Source: Rebecca billardiae RCC1528
Taxonomy: Eukaryota > Protista > Haptophyta
NCBI GenBank assembly: GCA_965240325.2
Contig: OZ251223.1
Location: forward strand, 4,216,001 to 4,280,000
DNA length: 64,000 nt
Direction: 5' to 3'
Below are positions 46,255 through 57,378 of the stretch, piece after piece. The position numbers and the translations under genes were made by a program. The notes beneath the pieces are model-generated. The model was given only the letters and a program-made list of their open reading frames with translations. It searched no databases and was not told where the DNA came from. The first letter of the stretch is position 1. Each line of letters begins with the position of its first letter.

Positions 46255-47151
46255 TCAACCCACGTGCCGCATGGGCAGCTGCGTCCATCGGTCCCGTGGC
46301 ATCTGCTTCTTCAGGTCGGGCACCTGCACGTGCGGCTTCGGCCTCTGCGGGATGTTGGTCATTGAGAAGGGCTCGGCTGGCCGGCCGTGCTGGCCGGGCT
46401 TGAGCTTGCCGGCAGAGGATGGCCGCGTCGCACCGTGCGTGCCGCCGCCGCCGCCCTGCCGATCTCTCGGCGCGGACGCGGCCCGCGCGTCCATCTGCGC
46501 CTGCATCTTTGCCGTCTTCGCGCCTCCCCTCTCCCCCAGCCCGGGCTTCGCCGGCGCGCCGCGCAGGCCCGCGGCGTGGTAGTCGACACGGCCGATCTGC
46601 TTGCTGAAGCTGTGCTGCCCGAGGAACGCGCGCTTGCGCGTCGGCGGTGGCTTGAGGAAGGTGTCCGTGTTGTAGTCGGCGACGAGGTTCTCGCCACCCT
46701 GCGACCAGTTTGCCCCGAGGAGCATGCGCGTCATCGCCACATCCGAGAGGAGCTTGCCCACCACCGCCTCCTTGCGGTCGAGCTGCTTGCCAAACGGCAC
46801 CCCGACCGTGCCCGGGCGCGGGCGCGTGATGAGCGGCTTGTGCATCGAGTCCGCGGCGCCGTCGTACCAGTCGCGCCCACCTTGCCCCCAGTCGGTCGCG
46901 AGGAGCATCTTCGTCATCGGCACGTCGCTCCGCAGCTTGCCGTAGACTGCCTGGCGGCGGGTCGTCTGCTGCTCAAAGCCCGGGCCGACGTGGACCTTCT
47001 TGCTCAAGTACTGATCGGAGGGCGCCCAGGGCGCCTGGTACCCGGGGCGGCCAGATGCCTTGCCCTTGGACACACGCATCGCCGCGGATGCGGAGCCGCT
47101 CTCGCGGATGCCCGCGATCGGCGGCGAGCCAGGCGGCGACGCGCCTTGCAT
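46255..47151 (-). CDS. Hypothetical repeat protein (F.KQ..R repeats), possibly microtubule/cilium-associated
   Basis: Two copies of F..Q..R..AV.GKL.SDV.MT.MLL...W.QGG, plus FSKQIGR and LKKQMPR; start uncertain. Confidence 0.6.
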   Translation of the reverse strand: MQGASPPGSPPIAGIRESGSASAAMRVSKGKASGRPGYQAPWAPSDQYLSKKVHVGPGFEQQTTRRQAVYGKLRSDVPMTKMLLATDWGQGGRDWYDGAADSMHKPLITRPRPGTVGVPFGKQLDRKEAVVGKLLSDVAMTRMLLGANWSQGGENLVADYNTDTFLKPPPTRKRAFLGQHSFSKQIGRVDYHAAGLRGAPAKPGLGERGGAKTAKMQAQMDARAASAPRDRQGGGGGTHGATRPSSAGKLKPGQHGRPAEPFSMTNIPQRPKPHVQVPDLKKQMPRDRWTQLPMRHVG

Positions 47152-47641
47152 TGCAGGTGAGCGGGGGTGGGATTGGTGCTCGCGGCCAGCGGCCTTCGTG
47201 GGCGTGGAAACAGATTCGTGCTGCCCGTCAAGGTTGCTCGCCGCTTGGTCAGGAGCCACTGGCGATTGGCCCGCCTCGTCAGTAACCAAGTTTCACCAAC
47301 CCACCGTTGTATTTCGCCATTGAAATTCGGGATGAGTCCCGCAACTGTACATACAAACATACCCGCTTTGAGCGGTGGGGAAGTCATCGACGAAACTGAA
47401 TGGCTGATACTTCACCGCTTTGGAACCGCGGATCCACATTCTGACTGGACGGCCAACATTACGATACCGTCTCACCACGTCTCACCGGCACAACGACTCG
47501 CTGCCGCACATTGTCATTGCACTCACAGTCTCACAGTCACTGAGTCACACACACTTGCCCCATGTCCATGATGGAGCCAGTCCAGGGGCATGAGGCCGGG
47601 CTAGGCTGCTACAGCCAACGATGGTACAGGCGCGGAGGCGC

Positions 47642-48247
47642 CTACAGCAGCCCGTGCGCGCGCAAGTAGCCCGTCGTCAGCATGCGGCGCTCTGAAGTGC
47701 CAGCCTCGCCGGCCCCCAATCGGGTGAAGGACTCCGCGCGGCACAGGCAAAGATCGTGGTCGCCTGCGTTGTGGATCGACTCCACGGTCAGCGGCAGGAA
47801 GCCGACGCAGCCGGCGAGTAGCTTGAGCGGGTACGGTGCGTCCGGCACACCGTCCACGGGCGACAGCTGCCAGTCCACCAGCTCGTGCCCCAGCTCGCGC
47901 AGCCGCGCAATCTTGTCCACATCGCGCCTGCTGCTCCGCCCGAGCAGGTCTACCAGGTCGGCCTGGTCCTCCGTGAGGAATTGCAGAACACCGCGCCTGC
48001 ACATGCGCATGTTCCGCTCGCTCACTGTCCCCCTGTACATGGACACCGCCCATTGCTGGCTGTCAGGGAGGGACGTCGGCATGGCGTACGTGACGACATT
48101 CATGTCGGCCTCGCCCAGGTAGGGATCGAAAGTCGCCAGCGAGAAGACGGTCACGCTCATGGGCGGAGGTCTCACCACCGTCGACACCGCACTCGTCGCC
48201 GATGGAGCAGCAGCGACGAGCATCGCGATTGCGACGGCGGTCGCCAT
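47642..48247 (-). CDS. Flavin reductase-like (FMN split-barrel) protein with signal/targeting peptide
   Basis: MNVVTYA.P, WAVSMYRGT, LVDLLGRSS..DVDK, AGDHD. Confidence 0.78.
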   Translation of the reverse strand: MATAVAIAMLVAAAPSATSAVSTVVRPPPMSVTVFSLATFDPYLGEADMNVVTYAMPTSLPDSQQWAVSMYRGTVSERNMRMCRRGVLQFLTEDQADLVDLLGRSSRRDVDKIARLRELGHELVDWQLSPVDGVPDAPYPLKLLAGCVGFLPLTVESIHNAGDHDLCLCRAESFTRLGAGEAGTSERRMLTTGYLRAHGLL

Positions 48248-48356
48248 CGCGTCGAGCGGGTTGGAGTTGTGGAGGACTGGAGGCAAGGGAGAGCTGCGTC
48301 GGAACTCGGAAAGTCGGAAGGCAGTGGGCCGGACAAGGACGCCGCGATAGCGTACC

Positions 48357-48932
48357 ATGGCGACGTGCTCGCGTCTCCGATACGTCATCGCGGCAGCGAT
48401 GCTCGGTGTGTGCGCCGGCGCGGGTGCGGAGCCGGTCAGGGTGACCCGGCGCGCATGCGTGGGCGTCTGTGCGAGCGCGCTGTTGGTCGCGCCTCGCACA
48501 GCGCGTGCCAACCTGCTCGAGGGCTCGAGCGGTTTCTCTTCCGGTGGCTCCGAGGAGGCACTGGGCGCCGGTGTGGTCTCGGCGGCAAAGAGCCTGGGCG
48601 TGCGTCCGCGAGCATCGTCGGATGAGAAGCCCGTCGACGAGCTCACCAAACGCCTGCTGGAGCAGACTGCGGCGAACAAGGAGAAGAACGATGCCATTGT
48701 CCGCCGCCGCTCCATTCTGAACAGCGAAGGCGCTCGGATCTTTCCTGGGGATGGCGTCACCGTCTTCTTCAACGGCACCGATGCCGCCGAGATCAGCATG
48801 GACGAGTACGAAGCTCTGATTGCGGAGGGGCGTCTCGTCAAGGGCAGCCGCGACGTCAAGCCCAAGCCTGGGTCGCCACCGCCCGCCCCTGAGGCGGCAG
48901 TTTCTGAGCCCTCGAGCACCGACGAGCAGTGA
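48357..48932 (+). CDS. Putative thylakoid-lumen protein with a PsaN-like helix
   Basis: Signal peptide, then TRR-hydrophobic-ARA (Tat-type lumenal signal); LLEQTAANKEKND resembles the PsaN mature N-terminal helix. Confidence 0.6.
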   Translation: MATCSRLRYVIAAAMLGVCAGAGAEPVRVTRRACVGVCASALLVAPRTARANLLEGSSGFSSGGSEEALGAGVVSAAKSLGVRPRASSDEKPVDELTKRLLEQTAANKEKNDAIVRRRSILNSEGARIFPGDGVTVFFNGTDAAEISMDEYEALIAEGRLVKGSRDVKPKPGSPPPAPEAAVSEPSSTDEQ

Positions 48933-49502
48933 CGGGCTGGGAACTATGTTTACTCGGAAGCGCGTTGGTGCTGCGGCGGGCGCACGGCTGCTCGCGTCAC
49001 ACACACCGGTCGTCCACGCGCAGGAGCATGCATGCGAAGCCCTCTTCCTCTAGATGGGTGTCCAACTGCGTCGCAGGGACACGGCGGTGGCCGGGGCGGT
49101 CCGTGACGGTGATGGCTCACACCCCGGAGCGCTGGCGCTCATTGACACAGAATTGAGAATTCCGCTGTGGCAGTGGCATCAGGTGGCGATGCCGGCTGGC
49201 ACCGGCTTCTTGGCCCAACGTTGGCACCAGCCGCAGCACGCGCCGCCTGCACTGCGCCTGTCCGCGCCGCGCCCCGCGAGGCCGGGCTCCGCTTATAGCA
49301 GTTCACGGGCCGCGGTCGTCGGGCCGCGGGGCGGCGGGGCCCGGCGGGGCCGCCGCGGCCGCGCCCGGGCGGGCTACTTATGTAGATCGATTGGAGTAAT
49401 CCGAGAATAATGTATGTATATATATAGTAATAATTATATTTGATTTTATAGATATGCACCGGCTGTAACCTGCGCTGCCCGGCCCGGCGCTCCGCGCGCC
49501 CG

Positions 49503-52215
49503 CGCTGCGTTCCTGAGCCCCAGCGCCAGAATTACGCGAGAATAAAGCCGCGCAATTGTTCACATACGAAGAATCGCATATCATTTTCAGCGCACCCACA
49601 TCGGTTGGCGGTCTTCGATTGATGAGCGAACGAGCCCAAAGCCGTGCTATGCGGGCGAGGCAGATCGCGAGAGCAAGGGCCCTTGGCGAGAGATTGCCAC
49701 CGAGGGTTCAAGAGGCCAAGACGAGAGTGTGTCGCCGGTCGTCGGCGGGCGGCAGGGCTTCGAACGCAGCCCGGCCAGGCCAGGCCGCCAGAGAGTCTCT
49801 GCGACATTGGCGTGGCTGAGGAGCTCTCGCGCGGGTCCAGGGACATCAGCGCTCAGTGTCAGCCGCGTGCACACCTTCGTAGGTCCACATTGGGCGTCGC
49901 CCTTTGCTTGCACACGCGCGTGCGCACCTGGTCCTCTTCTGCGGCTAATGCGCACTCCGCAATCATTGCTCCTGACGCTGATCGTGCAGGTGCGGGCGGG
50001 GGGGGGCGAGCCTGCCAGCAGTCGGCGTGCGATGTACGGCGAGTCGCATGTCTCCTATTCGACCCCGATAGCGGCCACTCGAGCTCTTTCCTCGCCGTCG
50101 GACACTGTGCCCACGCGCCTACAGAGGTCACGGCCCAGATCCGCAGAAAGCTGCCGCCAGTTCACATCCTCACGTTGTGCCTTCGATCGGCTTGGCGTGC
50201 AGTGTCAACAAGCGGTGTGCAGTACTCGTAAGGTCACGCACCAGCTGCAAGCACACCTTCGGAGCCCCAGGCTGGCTCCGGGGGCTGCACGCGAGCGCAC
50301 GCAATGCTGCTCGGGCAGTGACACGCTGCGCTGGGAGTCCGTGAGCGGGTCTCTACGCAGGCTCGATGGAGTACCGCTGTACCGCCCGTACCGCCTTGGC
50401 CGGCGCCCGCGGCTCGACTCGCTGACTAACTCTGACAATCCAGTCGGCTCGACCGCTGCCAGTGCGCGGGCGCTCGTAATCTGCGACTCAGACTGGAGGC
50501 GTAGCCGGTTCAGCCGTCGGCGTGTTGCCGGCGCACGCCCACCGGGCCCAGTCACTGCAACATTTACTAGGGAGCCTCGGTACGTACCGGGCGCGGGGCT
50601 TTATAAGACTACTGCTCATCACTCGATACTGCGGACCGTCCGCACTATTCACTAACGGGCACGCGGCTAAGGTTCCGTTGTCCGTCTGTCCGTGCGCGCG
50701 CAGCTGACAATGCTGACACTTGACAGCCGTAACCGTTTCGGTTTATAATAATATATGCATACTGAATACTGATGATGCAGCAGTCAGCACGCGGACCCAA
50801 GGTGAGTCACGCTATACGCGGCATGCTGCGATAAGTGCATGATGACGACTATACCGTAGTGACGACCGTGTCTGTGATCGAATATCCTGACTCCGGCGGC
50901 ACGTTTGAGTCGATGAGCGCTGCCACGGCCGCCGCGGCGCGAGCGGGTCGCCCCGAGCCGGCAGAGCAGCACCGCCACTGGTCCAGAGGGCAGCGGCACT
51001 GAGCCGTCGTGCTATGTGACCCGGGGCCTTACCGTCTTAGGCCAGGCCTCGGCGTGGGCAGAGGCGGCCCAGGCCCTGTGGGCCGGCAGGCCCAGGCCCA
51101 GCGGCGAGCGAGTGTTGCTCGGAGCCGCGCCGTCCAGTGTCCGAGACAGCGCGTGGCCCGGTCAACGAGTGCGTCGTGACTGCGCCAGGCGCCGCGCCAC
51201 GTCTGCGACACAGAGCGAAGCACTGCCACTGACGACTGCCGCCGTGCCGACGCATCCACACATCCAAGTCAGTAGGGCTTTGCCATGCCGCACGTACAAC
51301 GGTGCCCACAGATGAGCGTGAGATCCTGTCTAATGAGCCATGAGCATCGACGTGTGATGCAGCACGTCCGGTGGCGGGTAGCTGCGGCACGCGGCGGCGG
51401 CGGTCATGAGGAGTATGCTCGTTGCCACCGACCGCAGTATCGCTGTAATCGCTGTGGCCCATCCTCTGCACTGCAGAGGTGAAGAGCGACTGAGCAAGCC
51501 ATGCCGACTTGCCGCACCGTCGTGCAGCTGCCGGCACGCGCGCGCTGTCACGAGGGCACGGAGGCTGTCGAGAGCAGCGCGGTGGGCAGCATCGAAGACA
51601 ACTCAAAGTGGGCCCGGGATGCCCACCTGAGTGGTGGCTGAACCTTCAAATCGCGCCCTTCGATCACCAACTTGTCGGCGGCGCTGGCAAGTTGTCGGGC
51701 CACGCGCGGCACGGATGATGAACGGCGCAGGCGTGGCAGGCAGAAACAACAGGAGCTGCCGGGACTGCGTCGGCCGCGCCTGCCCGCAGGCGTATCGAGC
51801 GAGGCTACGCGCACTCAAACATCCCCTAGTCCGTGCACTAGCGTTGTTCGCCATCGACCTCGTACTAGTGTGCCGGGGAGGTCGCCTGTCGTCACTCGCT
51901 CGTAGATCGTCCGCCGACGAAGGGTCTAGGAGCGTTGAGGGCCTGCAGGATCAACCGATGGAGAGATGCTGCTGTGTATCCTCACAAAAGCGACGCTTCG
52001 GGGCAGATGTTCGAGAGATCGGACGATCAAGCGAAAGTCATAGGTTGCAATTTTGGGCCCACTACGGCGAGACTTACTCACGTCATTGACAGAAGGTTAC
52101 CCGCTGCTCAACTTTCGGCCCCCTTCAGCGACGTCTCGACCAATGGCGCGCGTGGGAGGAAAGAAAGGTTCTCTGATCTCGCGTAATTCTGGCGCTGCGG
52201 CTCAGGAACGCAGCG
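49503..52215. mobile_element. Degenerate or non-autonomous DNA transposon-like element bounded by 39 bp inverted repeats
   Basis: 49503-49541 vs reverse complement of 52177-52215: 38/39 identical; interior has lower GC and no convincing gene. Confidence 0.65.
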
Positions 52216-53165
52216 GGGCGCCGCGGCCAACCCCGGGGCGGGGGCCCCCGGCGGGGACTGGCCCGCTGGGGGGAGTACCGGCGGTACCGGCTACCGCCGG
52301 GCGCCAGGGGTGAGGCCGGTGCCCGGTGAGGGTCGGGGAGGCGGGGAGTCGCCAGTCGGGCGGCGGGCCGCGGGACTGGCGGGCGGCTCAGCCTCAGCCT
52401 CAGGACCTGCCGCGGACCCGGTCCGGAGGGCCACCGCCACCGCCGGGACGCCGGACGGCCGCGCTCCGACAGACCCGGACAGGCCGGACACGGTCACGGA
52501 GTCACGGACCGGCGGACCGTACTAAGACTGTCTAAGTCCGTAGGTAGTCCGTACTGCGCCCCGTACTGCTAGACAGCTATAATAGCTGAGCCTGAGTTCA
52601 GAGTTAGTGAGTAGTAGTAGCTACCGGCACCGCGGCGGTCCGTGAGTCCCGCGGCCGCGGCGGGGGCCGCGGCGGGGCCGCGCCCTGAGCGCCGAGCGCG
52701 GTCCGCCGCCGCCGCGCGCCGGCGCTGGGCGCGCGCGGCTCGCCGCTCCGGCCCACTCCGCGGCCCAGTGACCGCCGGCCCGCCGTGGACGGCCCCGCCC
52801 ACTCCCCAGAGGCAGAGGCCACTGTCACTGACACTCTGACTCACAGTCCAACACTCGCCCTCGGAGTCGGACGGACCGAGTACGGACACGGTCACGCGGT
52901 GCGGCCGCCGCGACTGACGACTCCCGGCCCACGAGCCGTTGCAGTGCACCTGCGAGTCCCGACCGCGCTTAGCACTTAGTCACTGTACACTGTCGCGGGC
53001 TCGGCACCACCACACTCTGTGTGAATGTGACTGTTTCACGGGCACCGGCCCGATCGGCTGCCGCGCCCGCGCCCGGGCGGGCCCGCGGGGCCGACGGCCC
53101 CGGGCCGAGCCGCCCGGCAAGCGACCGCACAATTGGTCGCCCCGAAGAGATGGAAACAACGTTAG

Positions 53166-53181
53166 GGTGTAGATATACACC
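53166..53181 (-). promoter_or_regulatory. Histone mRNA 3' stem-loop-like hairpin
   Basis: GGTGTA-TATC-TACACC (6 bp stem, 4 nt loop) 42 nt downstream of the H4 stop. Confidence 0.65.
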
Positions 53182-53223
53182 GAGAGAGGGGTTGTCTTGA
53201 GAGGAAGAGCGCGTGCTTCTTGC

Positions 53224-53637
53224 TTAGCCGCCGAAGCCGTAGAGCGTGCGGCCCTGGCGCTTGAGCGCGTACACGACGTCCATGGCGGTCACCGTCTTGC
53301 GGCGCGCGTGCTCCGTGTACGTGACCGCATCACGGATGCTGCGCGGGGGAACATGGGGCAGGCGCAGACGACGCGTGTTCACGCGTGTGAGAATCGGACG
53401 CGCGCACGCGCGAGACGCGCGCGCTCCGCGAGCGCCGCACCAGTTCTCGAGGAACACCTTGAGGACGCCGCGCGTCTCCTCATAAATGAGGCCGCTGATG
53501 CGCTTCACGCCGCCACGGCGGGCAAGGCGGCGGATCGCCGGCTTGGTGATGCCCTGGATGTTGTCGCGGAGCACCTTGCGGTGGCGCTTGGCGCCGCCCT
53601 TCCCGAGACCCTTGCCACCCTTGCCACGGCCCGACAT
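53224..53637 (-). CDS. H4: Histone H4 with one intron (53339-53440)
   Basis: [21 protein letters not shown]...TLYGFGG. Confidence 0.98.
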
Positions 53638-54584
53638 GATTGCTTTGCGACTGCGAGGAGCGGCGAGGGCGGTGCGCGCGGGCGAGTAGGCGCAGGTGAT
53701 CAACGCAGCGCGGGTGAAGGGGTGTCAGCCACGAGGCAATGCAAAGGCACCCACGCCTGGGGCACACGCCGACACGCGGCGCGTGCGCCTCGCGCTGCCG
53801 ATGCGCGCGCGGCGTACGCTCGGCGCGGGCTCGGCGCGCACAGTTTGACTTCGACGGTGTTGAACGGTGCGCGTGCGAACCGGATCACAACGGTCGCGTT
53901 CGCAGGTCAATAATCAAACCAGTCAAACGACCAGAGCGGTTGAAAGCTCACGAGATCGCCATCTCCACAGCCTGCGCGGTCGATAGATCCGAGATCGAGA
54001 GCTGATGACTGTCGTCACTGGGGCGGGGACTGCCAGGGAGTGCGGCTCCGGGGGCCGGGGGGCGGGGTGGCCCGGAGGCTCGTCCGGCGTACGATGAATC
54101 GATACATGTACCGAACACCCATCCTCGTTTCAACGACTTGCCCATTGACATTGTTCGGGGCCCGCGGCGGCGCCGCCGCCGCCGCCAGGCGCGGTGGCAC
54201 CCCGGGCCCGGGCGCAATACGGTCGGGCGCAGGCCGCTGCCACCCGGCCGGGCGGCAGGACCAGACAGGACCTGCGGACCTGAAGTCCTGATGAAAATGT
54301 CTGCGGATCACGGCCGGCGCAGACTGTGGCCGGGGCCCCGGCCCGAAGTGAAGGCCGCACGGAGCAGTCAGCAGCAGAGTGCGCGGTGGCCGGTGCCGCC
54401 GACGAGTGTCCGCCTGAACCACCGCGTCCTCCACCTGCTAGCCGAGTGTCCAGCCTGGCAGCCGTGCCGCAGTGTGACACCGCGCGCGGTGGCGCGAGGA
54501 CGAGGCCGCTGAGGCGCTCCCACGCCACCCTGCCCCACAGCCCATCGTCGCGCGCGCACGTGGCAGGCCAGCAGCGCGCTCGCA

Positions 54585-55774
54585 TCAGCCGCGTCCCCTC
54601 ATGTTGCCCGAGCCCTTTGCGTTCGAGTCCTTGAACTCGTCAAAAGACATCGCTTTGGCGCGCTCGGACAGCTCGTCCTCCTCCTCGACGGCGGTCTGCG
54701 GCCCATTTTCGCGCTCGGCCTGCGCGGCGGCCTTCAGCGCGTGCTGCTCCTGCTGCCTCTGCTGCTCGAGCGCGACGCGCTGCGCCTCCTGCCGCTGCCA
54801 CGCGTCCAGCTCGATCGTGTGCATGCCCGGGATGCGGCCCGAGTGCACCTGGTCGATCACCTGCGCGCGCGCAGCCGCGCACGCGGGCCGAAGGCAGGGC
54901 GGGCGGCGCGCGCTGAGACCTGGCGAGCACGCGCGCGGGCGCGGGCGCGGCGGCGGCGGCGTCGGAGCTGCGAGGCCGGTCGGCTGCCACGCGCGCCGCT
55001 CGCGCGCACCTGCTCGTACGCGGAGCGTTGGCTCGGGTGCGGGATGCGCACGCTCTCGAGTGGGCGCGCCGGGCGCGCCGCCGCATCTGCATCCGCGTCG
55101 TCGCGCAGAGCCTCGGGCTTCTCGCGGCGCAGCCGCTCGACCTCCTCCAGCATGGGCAGCTCCTGCGCCACGGACGCGAGCGTGTCCGCCGCCCCAAACT
55201 TTGCGACGGACAGCCAGTGCAGCGCGTGCTCCTTCTCGACCTCGTCCACGTCAGGGTCGTCGTCCTGGTCGGTCGAGCGGCCGCGCGCGGCGGCGAGCCT
55301 CGCGGCGGCGGCGTCCATCTGCGCGCGCACTTCGCGCTCCGCCTTGATGCGCGCGATCATCTGCTCGCGCTGCCGCATCGCATTGCCCCCGCCCTTCGAC
55401 CCCGCCGCCTGCAGGGACGCCGCCTCGTCGTCGGTGATCAGCCCGATCGTCGCGAGCGACTCGATGTACCGCTCGAGGTGGGCCTTCCCCTCGCGGAGGT
55501 GCTCGATCCGGCGGTCGTGGTCGACCTGGCGCATGACAAGCTCGCCGAGCAGGTACGGCACAAGCATGTACTTCAGGTCCCCCGGGTTGATGTCCTCGAG
55601 CGTCTCGTTGGAGGAGAAGATGGAGAGCTCGTGCACCAGCGTATCGCACGCGCGCGCGTGCTCCAGGCCGTCGGCGACGATCTGCAGGTACGCCTCGTCC
55701 GAGGAGGCGAGCGAGGTCTCCTCCGTCTCACGGAACTTCGCTTGGGCCGCCTCGAAGTGCGAGCGCAGGTTCAT
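54585..55774 (-). CDS. TAP42: PP2A regulatory subunit TAP42/alpha4 (IGBP1)
   Basis: Intron 54861-55009; IFSSNETLEDI..LKYMLVPYLLGEL, C-terminal FDEFKDSNAKGSGN. Confidence 0.9.
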
Positions 55775-55912
55775 CCTGCCGCGCGCGGTGACGTGAGAGC
55801 AAACGTCGGTCCAGGGCGGACGATGGCGGCCGCCCACGTCCGGCCGTGCGTCCGGACCTTGCCCGCAGCAGGACTGGCTTTGGCGACTTCGTGCCACGTG
55901 CAAGGAGCCACC

Positions 55913-56543
55913 ATGGTGCGCGAGGGCCGCGCACCGCCTCGCGGCCGTGGCAGTGGCCAGCGGCGCGGCGCTGCAAGCTGCAGCGGGCCGCTGGGCCATT
56001 GCCTGACGTGCGCGTGCCCTTGTGCGCCCCGTCTGCGCTGCGTGCGACCGCGTTGCGCCCACACCAGGCCAAGGCCGCGGCACCCAAGTCAAAGGAGGCA
56101 AAGGCCAAGGCCGCGACTTCTGGCGGCAAGGGCAAGAAGAAGGTTCGCCACGCCGCGAGCTGCACGCGTGCGCACACCTCGCAGGCCGATCAACGCGCCC
56201 GTGCATCGCGCCCCGCGGATCGGGCACTCGAGCGAGCACGCCCACGCCTGACGGGTCATTCCCATCCCGCCGCCCGCTCGCTCGTGCCGAGCAGAAGTGG
56301 TCCAAGGGCAAGGTCAAGGAGAAGCTCCAGAACCTCGTGCTCTTCGACAAGAGCACATACGAGAAGCTGATCGCGGACATTCCGAAGAACAAGCTGATCA
56401 CGCCGTCGATCATCTCGGAGAAGCTGAAGGTGAACGGCTCGCTCGCGCGCAGGGCAGTGAAGGAGCTGCTCTCAAAGGGCCTCATCCGCTGCATCGACGC
56501 GCACCACGCACAGTCGATCTACACGCGCTCGAGCCACGGTTAA
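55913..56543 (+). CDS. RPS25: 40S ribosomal protein S25 (eS25)
   Basis: ATG-only first coding exon; introns 55916-56067 and 56143-56294; [23 protein letters not shown]. Confidence 0.96.
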
Positions 56544-57378
56544 GCGCGTCCGCGAGCGCTCACGCGCAATCGCCGTGCGCTCGACTAGGCCGCTGTCCTG
56601 ACGGTCACACTGGGCACACGGTGCGGCTGCCTGCGCGTGGCTCCCTGGGCGGCATCGCTGCTTGTCGGCTTGCAGCCCGCGGCGCGGGGACGTCATCGAC
56701 GGCGATTTTTTCGCGCGAGCTGCCGGGGACGGAGGGGGGCGGCTCTGTCTATGACCCGGGCCGCCTTTTTCACGACCTTCGTCTGGACCCTCCGGATCGT
56801 TCGCTATCTCCCGACCTCGTCGGCTCGCGGGGAGGTAGTCAGGTAGTGGCGAGGTCGTCCGAGTCGTCACTGATGGACAGATGCAAATCATGACGGATAC
56901 GGTAAGTACGGTCACCGTACGGTGTCTGAAATCCGAATCAGTAGCCTAAGGACCCTAATTCCGGTAGTCACGCCATGCAATATACTCATCGAGTGACGAG
57001 TCATAACTGACGTGAGCCGCGGCAGCTGGCGCCTGCCGGGCAGCCGGCCGCGCCCGCGGCGGCCGGGGCCCGGGCTGACATCAAGACACAAGTTCACGAT
57101 ACAAGTTATTATCACTATATATCAGACCGTGACCATATACGTTGATGTCGTAAATGTATAGTTACCGCGGCGGGCCGTGATGGCTGGCATCAGGATAGTA
57201 GTCTGTAGTGAATAATCGATCGGGCTCAGTGCCTCATTGACAATTCGGCAGAGTCACAGTCTCATCATGTCTGTCTCATCACTGTCTCACCCGGCGCACT
57301 CTCTGTCTGATAGTGTCCCTCACCGCAGGCGCAGGGCCTCAGACTCAGACCCGGTCCCGGACCGACGGTGACGCGCCG

